From Candidatus Thorarchaeota archaeon (GTDB taxonomy: Archaea > Asgardarchaeota > Thorarchaeia > Thorarchaeales > Thorarchaeaceae): 64,000 nucleotides of DNA. The DNA lies in contig JAFGAR010000081.1 in NCBI GenBank assembly GCA_016933575.1, positions 64,001-128,000 of the forward strand, read 5' to 3'. The notes below the pieces were generated by a model that saw only the letters and a program-made list of their open reading frames with translations, ran no database searches and had not been told where the DNA came from. The position numbers and the translations under genes are program-made. Of this stretch, positions 48,229-58,117 are shown piece by piece; positions within the stretch are counted from its first letter, which is position 1, and the number at the start of each line of letters is the position of its first letter.

Positions 48229-48801
48229 TTGCCGAGTCTATTGCTTACAACTTCGCGGAAGACATCTAACAGAGTCCGTTCTTTTTTGCGTGACTTATCT
48301 TCAGTCCTTCCAGGAACTGAACGATTCAATCGTGGTGGAATGGGTCTTCAAGAATTAGTTGCTCGAATTAATCAATCTGGAGCTCAAGGGGCACTTGTAA
48401 TATCAATATGGAGAGGGAATCCAGGAGAACTTACCTTTATCTCTCCTACTGGGTCGGAGATGCTAAAACTTCGCCTCGATACTGTCCTTCTTAGACGCGA
48501 GGTGAATGCGAATGGCTCTGCAAGAATTGGTAGAGCTGAGTTCGTAGCAGTACCAACAATGAGCAGTGAAAGAGTAAAGATACTTGCTACAGATATTGCG
48601 ACATTACTCAACATCAATATTCAAGAACATCAGAGCGCTACTGAATTGGTTGGAGCTAATGACCAAAGTTGTATCTGGTTTGAAGATACTCCCTCTGGGA
48701 AACTACTTTGGACCCATTACGATATTAATAATCAGATAGAGATTGGTCCAAGAATTCGTATTAGCACTGTCTGGAGGAAATTTGGAAATGAGTCTGAGTG
48801 A
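48229..48801 (+). CDS. Brix/Imp4-domain ribosome biogenesis protein
   Basis: LLTTSRKTSNRVRSF, NRG, GNPG, IGPRI; operon context. Confidence 0.85.
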   Translation: MPSLLLTTSRKTSNRVRSFLRDLSSVLPGTERFNRGGMGLQELVARINQSGAQGALVISIWRGNPGELTFISPTGSEMLKLRLDTVLLRREVNANGSARIGRAEFVAVPTMSSERVKILATDIATLLNINIQEHQSATELVGANDQSCIWFEDTPSGKLLWTHYDINNQIEIGPRIRISTVWRKFGNESE

Positions 48802-49072
48802 AGTAAAAGGAAGAACGGTACTTGAGATTCCTCTTGAATCAAACCAGGTGGCTAAGATTCTATATTCTGCTTTGGTACCAGAAACAGAGTCCATCCCCTC
48901 AGACCGTGCGACTACTATGGTCTCTGTGAAGGGCAAATCATTACTTATCGAAATTGAAGCTAGTGATTTAACTGCCATGCGGGCAGCCATTAATTCTTAC
49001 ATTGCTTGGATCTCTGCATGTATGCGAACAATCAAGTCTATAGACGAGAAGAGGCTTGATGCAAAGCCTTAA
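48788..49072 (+). CDS. pcc1: KEOPS complex subunit Pcc1
   Basis: LYSALVPE, IEASDLTAMRAAINSY. Confidence 0.85.
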   Translation: MSLSEVKGRTVLEIPLESNQVAKILYSALVPETESIPSDRATTMVSVKGKSLLIEIEASDLTAMRAAINSYIAWISACMRTIKSIDEKRLDAKP

Positions 49073-49134
49073 GTCACAAGTCCTAACGCGCAAATTGAAA
49101 CGGCGCTTTTGTCGATTTTGGGAGAGAAATAGTT

Positions 49135-49497
49135 ATGGCTCAGAAAATACCCCCTGCATTGGAAGCAGAACTTCAAAAGTTTGACACCATGCGTAGAAAC
49201 CACGAGACCCTCACTACAATGTCGCAAGCACTTCAGACTGAATTGACTGAGGTGAAGGGGACATTGGATGAACTTGTTAAACAACCCGATGATGTTGTGG
49301 TCTACAAGTCAGTTGGTCAGGTCATGTTCAAAGCAGAGAAACCTGCTCTAGTAGAAGAGCTTGATGACCGCCAAAAAACCCTTGAGATGCGCTTGGCATC
49401 CACAAAGAAACAGCTTGAAAGCTTAACCGAGAAGCTTCAAGAGCTGCAGAACAAGATCCAAATTGAACTATCCAAGCAGAACTTACGTCTCCAGTGA
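49135..49497 (+). CDS. pfdB: Prefoldin beta subunit
   Basis: Coiled coils flanking VYKSVG. Confidence 0.9.
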   Translation: MAQKIPPALEAELQKFDTMRRNHETLTTMSQALQTELTEVKGTLDELVKQPDDVVVYKSVGQVMFKAEKPALVEELDDRQKTLEMRLASTKKQLESLTEKLQELQNKIQIELSKQNLRLQ

Positions 49498-49805
49498 ATG
49501 AGATGACAAGAATTACTGATATCGGGCTTCCAGATATCTCAGAGGAAGAAATCGAACAGCTAGCGGAAGAGTGTGAAGTTCAGATTACTAAATATCTTGT
49601 TAATAAGATACCAGAGAAAAGTATTGAGAATCTGTTCATCAACTGTACCCTTAGCCTACTTGATAATCAATTGGATGTTGATGTCGATATTGAGATTGAT
49701 CAGACATTCGACACTGGACAATCTCTTAAAGACCTCCTTCAGGAAGCAACTGATTGTGGCATAGAGTGGCTTGAGAATCAGTTGATGGAGATGAAGAAGA
49801 AATGA
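49494..49805 (+). CDS. DUF3194-like acidic protein
   Basis: IGLPDISEEEI, LDVDVDIEI; conserved position after pfdB. Confidence 0.6.
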   Translation: MNEMTRITDIGLPDISEEEIEQLAEECEVQITKYLVNKIPEKSIENLFINCTLSLLDNQLDVDVDIEIDQTFDTGQSLKDLLQEATDCGIEWLENQLMEMKKK

Positions 49806-50803
49806 ATCTGAGGTCTCTTCTTTCCGAATCAAAAAGCCCTCTAATACTTGGTCATCAAAATGCTGATCCTGATGCGGTATGCTCGATGATTGCTTTCTCG
49901 AAATTATTCAAATTTATCAATCCGGATGGAAATCCTATACTGATGGCTGATGATCTCAGTCGACTATCTCAACAGGTTATCGAGTCCTTCGCTCCAGATT
50001 CTCACATACTTGAACCATCTATTGTAGATTATGATTTAGCAGTCCTTATGGACACAAATAGTAGATTCCAGCTTGGTCTCATCTATCAAGAGTTCCTTCA
50101 AAATCCGGATAGAACTGTGGTAATTGATCATCATGAGTACAATCCAGAAACTGAAACACTTTCAAAGCACCTCTTTGTAAGAACCGATCGTTACTCAACG
50201 TGTGAGATGATGGTCCCTATCTTTGAGGAACTAGAAGCGCCGCTTGATCCTATGATTGCCAATCTCCTTCTTACTGGAATGATATTTGATACAAGACGGT
50301 TCTTTTTTGCAGACCTGAATACACTTCAGACTGTAACCAAGCTCATCGAGTCTGGAGCAGACTACGAAAGGTGTGTGAGGTCTCTGCAAGTACGACCTGA
50401 CCGCTCAGAGCGAATTGCTCGGCTAAAAGCAGCTGGAAGGGTACGTGTATTTCTTATTGGCTATTGGATCATTGCTGTTTCGAAGATTAGGTCCTTTGAA
50501 GCTAGCGTCTGTCGGGGACTAATTGACATGGGTGCAGATGTAGCAATAGTTGGGGGGAAGCCATCTAAATCTGCAATCAGAATCAGTTCTCGAAGCACTA
50601 GAGAATTCTCTGAAAAGACCAAAATCAGCCTAGGCAAAGATGTCATGGAACCTCTTGGCAGTCTGATTGAAGGCGAGGGTGGAGGACATGTCAATGCTGC
50701 TGGAGCTAATGGGAAGAAGAATCTTGATGAAGCCATATCAAAATCAGTTGAATTGATAAGACATCTAGTTGAGAATATATCCTCATCCTCTATCGAATCC
50801 TAG
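49802..50803 (+). CDS. DHH/DHHA1 phosphoesterase
   Basis: HQNADPDA, MDT, IDHH, GGGHVNAAG. Confidence 0.9.
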   Translation: MNLRSLLSESKSPLILGHQNADPDAVCSMIAFSKLFKFINPDGNPILMADDLSRLSQQVIESFAPDSHILEPSIVDYDLAVLMDTNSRFQLGLIYQEFLQNPDRTVVIDHHEYNPETETLSKHLFVRTDRYSTCEMMVPIFEELEAPLDPMIANLLLTGMIFDTRRFFFADLNTLQTVTKLIESGADYERCVRSLQVRPDRSERIARLKAAGRVRVFLIGYWIIAVSKIRSFEASVCRGLIDMGADVAIVGGKPSKSAIRISSRSTREFSEKTKISLGKDVMEPLGSLIEGEGGGHVNAAGANGKKNLDEAISKSVELIRHLVENISSSSIES

Positions 50804-50816
50804 GAGTATTCTTACG

Positions 50817-51659
50817 ATGCCTCTAATTGAGTTTCAAGACTTCAGCTTCAAGTACTACGGAGCTGACTTCCTTGCCCTCAAGAAAATCAGCTTCTCAGTA
50901 GAGGAAGGTGAGTATCTCGTAATTACAGGTCCGAGTGGTTGTGGAAAGACTACTTTATGCAGAACTATTAATGGTTTGGTTCCACAATTTCACCGAGGCT
51001 ATATCGCCGGAAATGTCATTGTGGATGGAAAAAACACTCGTGACAATAGTGTAGCTCAACTAGCTCAGACCGCTGGTCTAGTATTTCAACAACCCGAGAA
51101 TCAACTTGTCACACTCAATGTAGAGAAAGAGATTGCTTTTGGTCCCGAGAATCTTGGTATTGATCCTATTGAAGTACGTCGTCGAGTTGAAGAACTCATC
51201 AGTTTACTAGAACTTGAACATCTTAGAGAAAAACATCCCCATGAGATGTCTGGTGGAGAACAGCAGCGAGTAGCTATTGCGGCCACATTAGCACTAAAAC
51301 CAAAGATATTGGTTGCAGACGAACCAACATCAAATCTGGATCCCAAGAGTGCTGAATTAATTTTGGATATAATAGCAAGTCTGAACAAACGCGATATGAC
51401 TGTAGTCTTGGTGGAACACCGATTAGACCTAGTTTCAAAAGATGCAAGCAGAATTCTACTAATGAACGATGGTCGAATTGTTGCTGATGGTCCTCCTAGA
51501 GAGATTCTTACATTAGACCTCTGCCAAGAAATTGGTGTAGGCGTACCAAAGGCAACTATGGTATACAAGCGTCTTCTGCAACATGGTTTACATCTGAAAC
51601 AAGTACCACTGACTGGTGAGGATCTTGCATTGCTAGTGAAGGAGGCTGCTAGATCTTGA
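50817..51659 (+). CDS. ecfA: ECF transporter ATPase EcfA
   Basis: GPSGCGKT, VFQQPENQ, AFGPENLG, MSGGEQQR. Confidence 0.88.
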   Translation: MPLIEFQDFSFKYYGADFLALKKISFSVEEGEYLVITGPSGCGKTTLCRTINGLVPQFHRGYIAGNVIVDGKNTRDNSVAQLAQTAGLVFQQPENQLVTLNVEKEIAFGPENLGIDPIEVRRRVEELISLLELEHLREKHPHEMSGGEQQRVAIAATLALKPKILVADEPTSNLDPKSAELILDIIASLNKRDMTVVLVEHRLDLVSKDASRILLMNDGRIVADGPPREILTLDLCQEIGVGVPKATMVYKRLLQHGLHLKQVPLTGEDLALLVKEAARS

Positions 51660-52480
51660 TCATTCTGGAGGATGTGCATTTTGCCTATGATGGTCTGTAT
51701 ACAGCACTCCAAGGAGTCTCTCTCCAGATTGATAATGGCGAGAGAATTGCCATCATGGGTACAAATGGTGCTGGGAAGACCACTCTGGTGAAACATCTCA
51801 ATGGACTCTTACGCCCTTCTAAGGGCAGAGTCATTCTCGATGGCATCGATGCCAAACACTATTCAGTGGCCGAGCTTGCGCGAGTAATTGGTCTTGTTAT
51901 GCAAAATCCTGACCATCAGCTCTTTCTAGACAGCGTGGAAAAAGAAGTCGTCTTTGGATTGAAACAACTCGGGTTTTCAGAACTGGAATCAAAGGAACGG
52001 TGCGACAGAACACTATCCAGTCTTGGGCTTGAAGGTCTCTCTGAACGGTCACCATTTACATTATCTGGTGGTGAACGAAAAAGAGTTGCACTAGCCTCAG
52101 TTCTAGCTACCGAACCACAAGTTCTCGCACTTGATGAGCCAACAATTGGTCAAGATGCGAAACAAAAAGAAAATCTTGCAGAGATGCTCATTGATCTGAA
52201 TCAAAAAGGTCGGACTGTTATTGTCGTGACCCATGACATTGAATTCGTCATTGAGAATTTTCCTCGAACTATTGCCATGGCTAATGGTCGAATCGTCGCT
52301 GATGGTCCAACTAACTCTGTACTAAGCAATCCTATTGTGATAGACCGTTGTTCTCTTACGACTCCACAACTAAATGCAGCAGCCTGTTCAATCCATGAAG
52401 TGTTTCCAGATGTTTCCGAGAGACTGACTCTCTTATCAGAACTGGAATCTGAGATTGTCCGTATCTTGGGAGGTGAATAG
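51656..52480 (+). CDS. ecfA2: ECF transporter ATPase EcfA'
   Basis: GTNGAGKT, QNPDHQLF, SPFTLSGGE. Confidence 0.88.
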   Translation: MIILEDVHFAYDGLYTALQGVSLQIDNGERIAIMGTNGAGKTTLVKHLNGLLRPSKGRVILDGIDAKHYSVAELARVIGLVMQNPDHQLFLDSVEKEVVFGLKQLGFSELESKERCDRTLSSLGLEGLSERSPFTLSGGERKRVALASVLATEPQVLALDEPTIGQDAKQKENLAEMLIDLNQKGRTVIVVTHDIEFVIENFPRTIAMANGRIVADGPTNSVLSNPIVIDRCSLTTPQLNAAACSIHEVFPDVSERLTLLSELESEIVRILGGE

Positions 52481-53242
52481 TTGTCATTTCTTGAAGTATT
52501 TCAATATACCCGCCAAGATTCTATAATCCACCGACTTGATCCAAGAGCGAAGTTGCTGATGTCGATTGTGTCCGCAACTATATCTCTCCTATTCCTTGAG
52601 ATTATCCCGTTGCTCATTGTCCTTGGCTTTTTGATACCTTTACTTGTTGCAGCCAAGTCTCTTGGTCGTTGGTTAAAGAGTATGAAAGGACTTGCTGTAC
52701 TACTGGTGTTCATCCTTGTATTCAACACCCTTCTCTCAACAGCTCCCAATCCTGTGAATCATTCTATCTCATTGACTCTCAGATTGGTCTGTCTAATGAC
52801 ATCATTCTCAATCTTCTTCCTTACAGTTCATCCCGATGAGCTCTCTCAAGCTTTAATCCAAATGAGAGTACCATTTGAGTTTGCCTTTGCAATGAGTATG
52901 GCAATGAGGTATGTACCTACTCTAGGTCAAGAAGCCTATGCGATTATGGATGCACAAAAAGCACGAGGAGTCGAGCTAGATAAGGGCAATCTCCTCAAAC
53001 GCATACGAAATATAATCCCAATCATAGTCCCTCTCATAATAGTATCAATTCGTCGAGCTCTCTCAATAGCAGAGAGTATGGAATCTCGAGGATTTGGTGC
53101 TAGTAAGACCAGAACTTATATGGATACACTATCTTTCAGAAAACGTGATTGGGGTGTTGTGATTCTATCACTCCTGGCACTTCTTATTGTCTTTTATCTC
53201 CGATTTTTTGTCACTCTACCGAGCTGGAGCCTTCCATTTTGA
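52481..53242 (+). CDS. ecfT: ECF transporter transmembrane component EcfT
   Basis: LDPRAKL, AQKARG, MESRGF. Confidence 0.9.
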   Translation: MSFLEVFQYTRQDSIIHRLDPRAKLLMSIVSATISLLFLEIIPLLIVLGFLIPLLVAAKSLGRWLKSMKGLAVLLVFILVFNTLLSTAPNPVNHSISLTLRLVCLMTSFSIFFLTVHPDELSQALIQMRVPFEFAFAMSMAMRYVPTLGQEAYAIMDAQKARGVELDKGNLLKRIRNIIPIIVPLIIVSIRRALSIAESMESRGFGASKTRTYMDTLSFRKRDWGVVILSLLALLIVFYLRFFVTLPSWSLPF

Positions 53243-53320
53243 CGTTTTTTGATTTTCAATACATTCTGTAATGATTTATCTGATAGAATAGCACACATAT
53301 TCACATATTCAGAGGGTGAA

Positions 53321-53893
53321 ATGGCTTTGCAACTGCCTACTAGAAAGAAGTACGCTGTAAAAGATGTCATGAATGATTTAAAAAAGATAGGACCCACGCC
53401 AAGCCAACTTAGTGAAATTGGGTCAAAGCTGATTTATTACGAGTGGAGTTGTTGTGAGAATCTCCTCGGTGATGATCACCCAGTCACAGTAAATCTCAGC
53501 GATACTTTGCAATTCATGGAACATGGTTATGAAGAATTACTTGTTACTGGAGAATTATGGCGAATCAAGGATACACCTCAAGGTGCAATTAATGATTTCT
53601 TGAGAGGCCGTCCTAAGGAATTCCTAGAGTATACACTTGATAGATCTGCAGACTATATTAGAGGTCTTCTCGAATCAGTTGCAGATGAGAGAAGAGATGA
53701 GATTAAGCAATATAAGAAGATGGAATCTGCTGTAAAGCGTGAAATCAAAGAGTCTCCCAAGGACCCTGAGGTTTGGAACAAATTGCGCCTTCTTTTATGG
53801 ATTGTTGGCAAATACTCTGAAGCAAGTGAAGCTTTCAAAACAGCTAAGAGTCTTGGTTGGTCCAAGGAAACCAGTGCAATTGTGGCACTCTGA
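53321..53893 (+). CDS. Hypothetical protein with a single C-terminal TPR-like motif
   Basis: PKDPEVWNKLRLLLWIVGKYSEASEAFKTA; start ATG 53321. Confidence 0.6.
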   Translation: MALQLPTRKKYAVKDVMNDLKKIGPTPSQLSEIGSKLIYYEWSCCENLLGDDHPVTVNLSDTLQFMEHGYEELLVTGELWRIKDTPQGAINDFLRGRPKEFLEYTLDRSADYIRGLLESVADERRDEIKQYKKMESAVKREIKESPKDPEVWNKLRLLLWIVGKYSEASEAFKTAKSLGWSKETSAIVAL

Positions 53894-54007
53894 TATATTC
53901 TTGATGATTCATTCAGATACTTGGGAAGATGTAAATACATCCCATAAAACCTGTATTTGGGGATTAAAATCAAGTCAAGTGACAATCCTTCAGATGCTTT
54001 GAAACCA

Positions 54008-54901
54008 ATGGTTTTGCGAAATGCTACAGGTGATTCTTCGATAATTAGAGCAATTGCTGTTGACGACGACAATTTGTACATAGCTTCTAGTACTGGTAAC
54101 CTAGCAATCTGGAAGAAGCCTGAATTTGTTTCGCCAATGATAATCCCCGGACAAACATCCACACAGATTGAATCACTTTTAACTGATGGGCAATACTTGT
54201 ATAGTGGAGGTATAACAGGAGATACCACAATCCGAATCTATGATAGAGACCTTGTTCTTGTTCACATTGTAAGAGGACATGCCGGAACGATTTTTGATAT
54301 GGCTTGTGATAATAACCATCTAATCTCAGGCTCTGGTGATGCCACTGTCAAGATCTGGTTGAAAGATGATTGGAACCTAGAGGCATCCATCCTTGCTCAG
54401 GCTCATTTTGTTCTGACTGTTGCATTAGACAGCTCTTACATCTATGCTGGTGGAATCGATAATTGTACAAATGTCTTCAATCGTTCATCGATGAAACGAA
54501 TAACTTCACTGCATGGTCATGATGCGAATATTCTGTCTCTGGATGTTGATGATCAATTTGTCTACTCTGGGTCTGGAGAACTATGGTGGGGCGGTCCTGG
54601 TTCTCCTCGACCAAGTTCCTTTGAGAGCGCAATTAGAGTCTGGGATAAGAGTGATTGGAGTTGTGTCGCAGTGCTTGGGGGTCATCGGGACAATGTAAAT
54701 GCTATAGGTAATGACTCACGGTATGTCTATACAGCATCTGATGATGGGACTGCACGTATCTACTCGAAGTCCGACTGGTCCGAAGTAACCTCCATCGATT
54801 TTGGAGTAGGACGAGTAATTGGATTGACCAAAGACACTGAAACCATTTTCTACGCTTGTGCTGATGGGAATATATACCATCTATCCCTCTCCACTCTCTG
54901 A
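54008..54901 (+). CDS. WD40 beta-propeller protein
   Basis: GH...SGSGDATVKIW, GHDANI...RVWD, GHRDNV...ASDDGTARIY repeats. Confidence 0.85.
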   Translation: MVLRNATGDSSIIRAIAVDDDNLYIASSTGNLAIWKKPEFVSPMIIPGQTSTQIESLLTDGQYLYSGGITGDTTIRIYDRDLVLVHIVRGHAGTIFDMACDNNHLISGSGDATVKIWLKDDWNLEASILAQAHFVLTVALDSSYIYAGGIDNCTNVFNRSSMKRITSLHGHDANILSLDVDDQFVYSGSGELWWGGPGSPRPSSFESAIRVWDKSDWSCVAVLGGHRDNVNAIGNDSRYVYTASDDGTARIYSKSDWSEVTSIDFGVGRVIGLTKDTETIFYACADGNIYHLSLSTL

Positions 54902-54903
54902 AA

Positions 54904-55278
54904 TCATTCGAATCCTATAGGTTCTATTGGACCCAGGAATGTTTGAAACTCCAAAGCCCTACCTTCTGGGTCTTTGGCGAAGAACTGGTATATATCATAT
55001 CTCTCATTTTCAATTGGCGTCGTTGTAGCAATATGCTTTAACATATCATACATGACATCAACATCCTCCTTAGTTGGATAGAACAACGTGATCATCCCTT
55101 CCAGTTCAGCTGTGTCACGATTACAAAATCCAAGTAGAAGATTTCCGTGACTAAGAATTGTACAATCTTCCTGTTCTAACCAGATGTGCATTCCTAGTTC
55201 ATTGATATAAAAATCAGTAATCTCTTGCAATCTGGTAGTTCTAAAGAATACTATGCCTGCCACTAGAAGCACCTCCAT
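54904..55278 (-). CDS. VOC/glyoxalase family protein
   Basis: FYINELG, FFAKDPEGRALEF. Confidence 0.8.
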   Translation of the reverse strand: MEVLLVAGIVFFRTTRLQEITDFYINELGMHIWLEQEDCTILSHGNLLLGFCNRDTAELEGMITLFYPTKEDVDVMYDMLKHIATTTPIENERYDIYQFFAKDPEGRALEFQTFLGPIEPIGFE

Positions 55279-55397
55279 GAATATAATTCTCTCTCCTCAT
55301 ATCCTTTTGGAACCTCAAGAACTAGATAATATGTGCGGCGCACAAAACCGCAGTAGTTGTTTCGTTTTTTAGCTGTTTTTGTTTGTTGTTCTGTTCA

Positions 55398-55437
55398 TAT
55401 CCCAACGTCTGAGTTCACGCACATAGATATTCATTCT
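55398..55437 (+). promoter_or_regulatory. Upstream motif shared with the second wHTH module
   Basis: TATCC..TCTG..CGCA..ATAGATAT..TTCT; recurs at 57751-57791. Confidence 0.4.
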
Positions 55438-55482
55438 CGTCAGCTATTGTATACAAGTATTTCAGAATGAGGTTGAACAAAA

Positions 55483-55785
55483 TTGTCCATAAAACCCGGA
55501 AGAACACCAAAGAGCGCAATCTTAGTCTTAGGCACTCTAGCAAAGGATGGACCAATGTGCCCCAACGAAATAAGTGAGAAGCTGAATATGGCTCCCCGTA
55601 CAGTGAGCTTCGCTATACGAAGTCTACTTGGCTGGAAGATGCTACGTAGAATTCCGAATCTCACGGATATGCGGTGTCCTAAGTATCATGTGAATATGGA
55701 CCTAGCTAAAGGACTTCTTCAGAAGTATAATGATTCTATCTTTACTTCTCAGCCATCAGCCATGTCTTGGAATCGAAAGATCTGA
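55483..55785 (+). CDS. Small archaeal winged-helix (MarR-like) protein, module copy 1
   Basis: PKSAILVL...GP...RTVSFA...PNLTDMRC.Y. Confidence 0.75.
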   Translation: MSIKPGRTPKSAILVLGTLAKDGPMCPNEISEKLNMAPRTVSFAIRSLLGWKMLRRIPNLTDMRCPKYHVNMDLAKGLLQKYNDSIFTSQPSAMSWNRKI

Positions 55786-55819
55786 TATGATGGTAAGCTG
55801 CTAGGAGCAAACATATCCA

Positions 55820-56251
55820 TTGCCAGAAATGATTGACCTTCCAACGAAATATCGCGAAATCATTAGGCAACAAAAAGATGCTGCACCTCATCATGATAAC
55901 TCAGAATCAGTATCTCTTCTCTTCAAGACTGATTGGGTTCGTATACTAGTAGTACAATCAGCTGATAACACGGACGTTGTTTCCATAGAAATTGAAATGT
56001 CCATGTTCGACTCCTCTCTTTCCCCCTCCTCCAGCTCTCCTCTCCCAAAACCTGAGAAGAATGCTAGCACTATACTAGAGCAATTAATTGAGCATATCCA
56101 CTATCTTCTCAGGCTTGAATCCCTAGGATTCACTTTAGAACTCGTCAGTACTGGTTGTTTACTACTGGCATATCGGGATTTTTCTGAAGATCCAAGTGAT
56201 GAGACCTTCAAGCTCCTTCTACCGCCATCATTCTCTCAAGAATGTGTGTAG
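55820..56251 (+). CDS. Unknown protein, module copy 1
   Basis: Paralogous to 58118-58543 (TDW.RILVV, IEIE.SM, YLL.LES.G). Confidence 0.75.
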   Translation: MPEMIDLPTKYREIIRQQKDAAPHHDNSESVSLLFKTDWVRILVVQSADNTDVVSIEIEMSMFDSSLSPSSSSPLPKPEKNASTILEQLIEHIHYLLRLESLGFTLELVSTGCLLLAYRDFSEDPSDETFKLLLPPSFSQECV

Positions 56252-56275
56252 AGGGAGCTATCACTATTTTTCCCA

Positions 56276-57616
56276 TTAACCAAGAAATCTCTTGACAATC
56301 TCAAGATATCCCAGATACGTTAGTTCAATAGTCCGGAGTGGTATTCTTTCATCAGTCCCGTGGAACAATGACATTATCTCAGCGGTTGTTAGACTGCCAT
56401 CATGAATACTAAAACCATAGGCATTGGTTCCAAATGCTCTCCTGAAGAACCTTGAATCAGTGGCCCCTGGAGATACCATTGGAACAAGTGCATAATCAGA
56501 GCCTCTCAAGTCTCTGACTACATTTTCAATTATACTTACAAGAGGAGAATGGATATCACTCTTATTTCCTGCTGAGTAGTCGCCCCCCATCTCAAGTGGC
56601 ACTCTCTCTATCATTGCCTCGCTACTGAGATTACCAAGTGCTTTTCGAAAGTGGTGTCTTACATACTCCTCATCCTGACCTGGCAATATTCGAACATCCA
56701 CATCAAGACATGCTTGTCCGGGTATTGTGTTCACTTTTGCTCCGCCCTCGCAAACATTTGGTGATAATGTCATTTGGCTAAGTGAATGCAAGAAGGCTGC
56801 TTCTTTCTTATTTCTCTTAGACAGTAGTGTGAGTATCAATCCCAAGAACCATCGGTTTCCCATTAGTCCTCTTGTTATTCTTCCCATACCCATGCCCTTT
56901 ATGAAAGGTTTCAGAACCGAGGTATCTCTAGGAGGTTGATACTCTGAAATCTTCTTTATAGCTTTAGCCATCTTCACAACTGCATTATCTGATTTGAAAG
57001 GAGCTGAACCATGCTGCTCCACACCCTTGAATCTCAATCTTGTCCATGCGGTCCCCTTTTCTCCGTAGAGATAGGTCAATCGATTTTCTGCAATAGGGTC
57101 TCCTCCCGCTTCGGTGATTAAGTAATCAGTTTGTACTTTGTCTGGATAGTTCTGAACCATCCAACTTGCACCAACTGTTCCAGCTGCTTCTTCATCAGCA
57201 ACCACTAGTAATTTCAAATCTCCCCTTGGTGTAAATCCTTCATTATGAAGTTGCGTGAAAGCAACGACTTGACTAGCTACTATATAGAGCATATCAAGTG
57301 CACCTCTCCCCCAGAGACAACTATCTCTAATTTCACCACTAAAGGGTGGGACTATCCAATCCTCTTCATTCTCAACAGGAACCACATCGACATGCCCCGG
57401 TCCAAGCATCAAACTTGGGTGATTTCCCACCCCCTTCATCACTGCCAGCAGATTGCCCCTCTCCGATTCGGCTTCAAAAATTTCTGGTTCAATTCCATAT
57501 GACTGAAGATACTTCTCTATTGTCCGAATAGACCGCATCTCACCACCTGGTGGGTTCACGCATTTATTACGAATCATCTCTTGCATCAGGGCTGTTATTT
57601 CACTGAGAATCTCCAT
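56276..57616 (-). CDS. M20 family metallopeptidase/deacylase
   Basis: GHVDVVP, GRGALDM, ADEE, HGS, GATDSR, HGTDE; start ATG 57616. Confidence 0.88.
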   Translation of the reverse strand: MEILSEITALMQEMIRNKCVNPPGGEMRSIRTIEKYLQSYGIEPEIFEAESERGNLLAVMKGVGNHPSLMLGPGHVDVVPVENEEDWIVPPFSGEIRDSCLWGRGALDMLYIVASQVVAFTQLHNEGFTPRGDLKLLVVADEEAAGTVGASWMVQNYPDKVQTDYLITEAGGDPIAENRLTYLYGEKGTAWTRLRFKGVEQHGSAPFKSDNAVVKMAKAIKKISEYQPPRDTSVLKPFIKGMGMGRITRGLMGNRWFLGLILTLLSKRNKKEAAFLHSLSQMTLSPNVCEGGAKVNTIPGQACLDVDVRILPGQDEEYVRHHFRKALGNLSSEAMIERVPLEMGGDYSAGNKSDIHSPLVSIIENVVRDLRGSDYALVPMVSPGATDSRFFRRAFGTNAYGFSIHDGSLTTAEIMSLFHGTDERIPLRTIELTYLGYLEIVKRFLG

Positions 57617-57750
57617 CAAAATCATATACAAAATTAAGATTTCCAACTAAAAAGGACTATGTATGCTTCTATCTTGTATCTTCTTATCTTAGGTGCATAT
57701 TTCCGAATCTCCAAGTTCAAAAATCTACGTTATACTTAGGAAAAATGTTG

Positions 57751-57791
57751 TATCCTGAACTCTGCTTCTCGCATGAATAGATATGCCTTCT
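57751..57791 (+). promoter_or_regulatory. Upstream motif shared with the first wHTH module
   Basis: TATCC..TCTG..CGCA..ATAGATAT..TTCT. Confidence 0.4.
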
Positions 57792-57830
57792 ATGCACTGT
57801 ATTACATACGAAATCATAGGATGCTTAACG

Positions 57831-58091
57831 ATGCTATCAGGAATACGATTACCAAAGAGTGCTGTACTAGTACTGGATTATTTGAACAAAAGAGGACCAC
57901 TTCCACCCAGAGTCATCAGTGAAGAAGCCAAAGTTCCTCTCAGAACTGTGACCTTTGCTTTAGATCGTCTTGTTGATACAGAAATCTGTAGAAAAGTACC
58001 CAATCTCGCAGATATGCGTTGTACATTGTACACAATAAATCAAGAGAAAGCCCGCGCTGTTTTTGATAGATACGGGTTGCGTTTCTCGTAG
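57831..58091 (+). CDS. Small archaeal winged-helix (MarR-like) protein, module copy 2
   Basis: PKSAVLVL...GP...RTVTFA...PNLADMRC.LY; start ATG 57831. Confidence 0.75.
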   Translation: MLSGIRLPKSAVLVLDYLNKRGPLPPRVISEEAKVPLRTVTFALDRLVDTEICRKVPNLADMRCTLYTINQEKARAVFDRYGLRFS

Positions 58092-58117
58092 ATTCCGGTT
58101 GTTATCTGTATTCTAAG

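Noticed and set aside
51101-51796. Long antisense ORFs (e.g. 51101-51796, 46451-47035, 22721-23290, 53653-54228)
   Set aside because: Shadows of well-supported genes on the opposite strand, with no recognisable motifs
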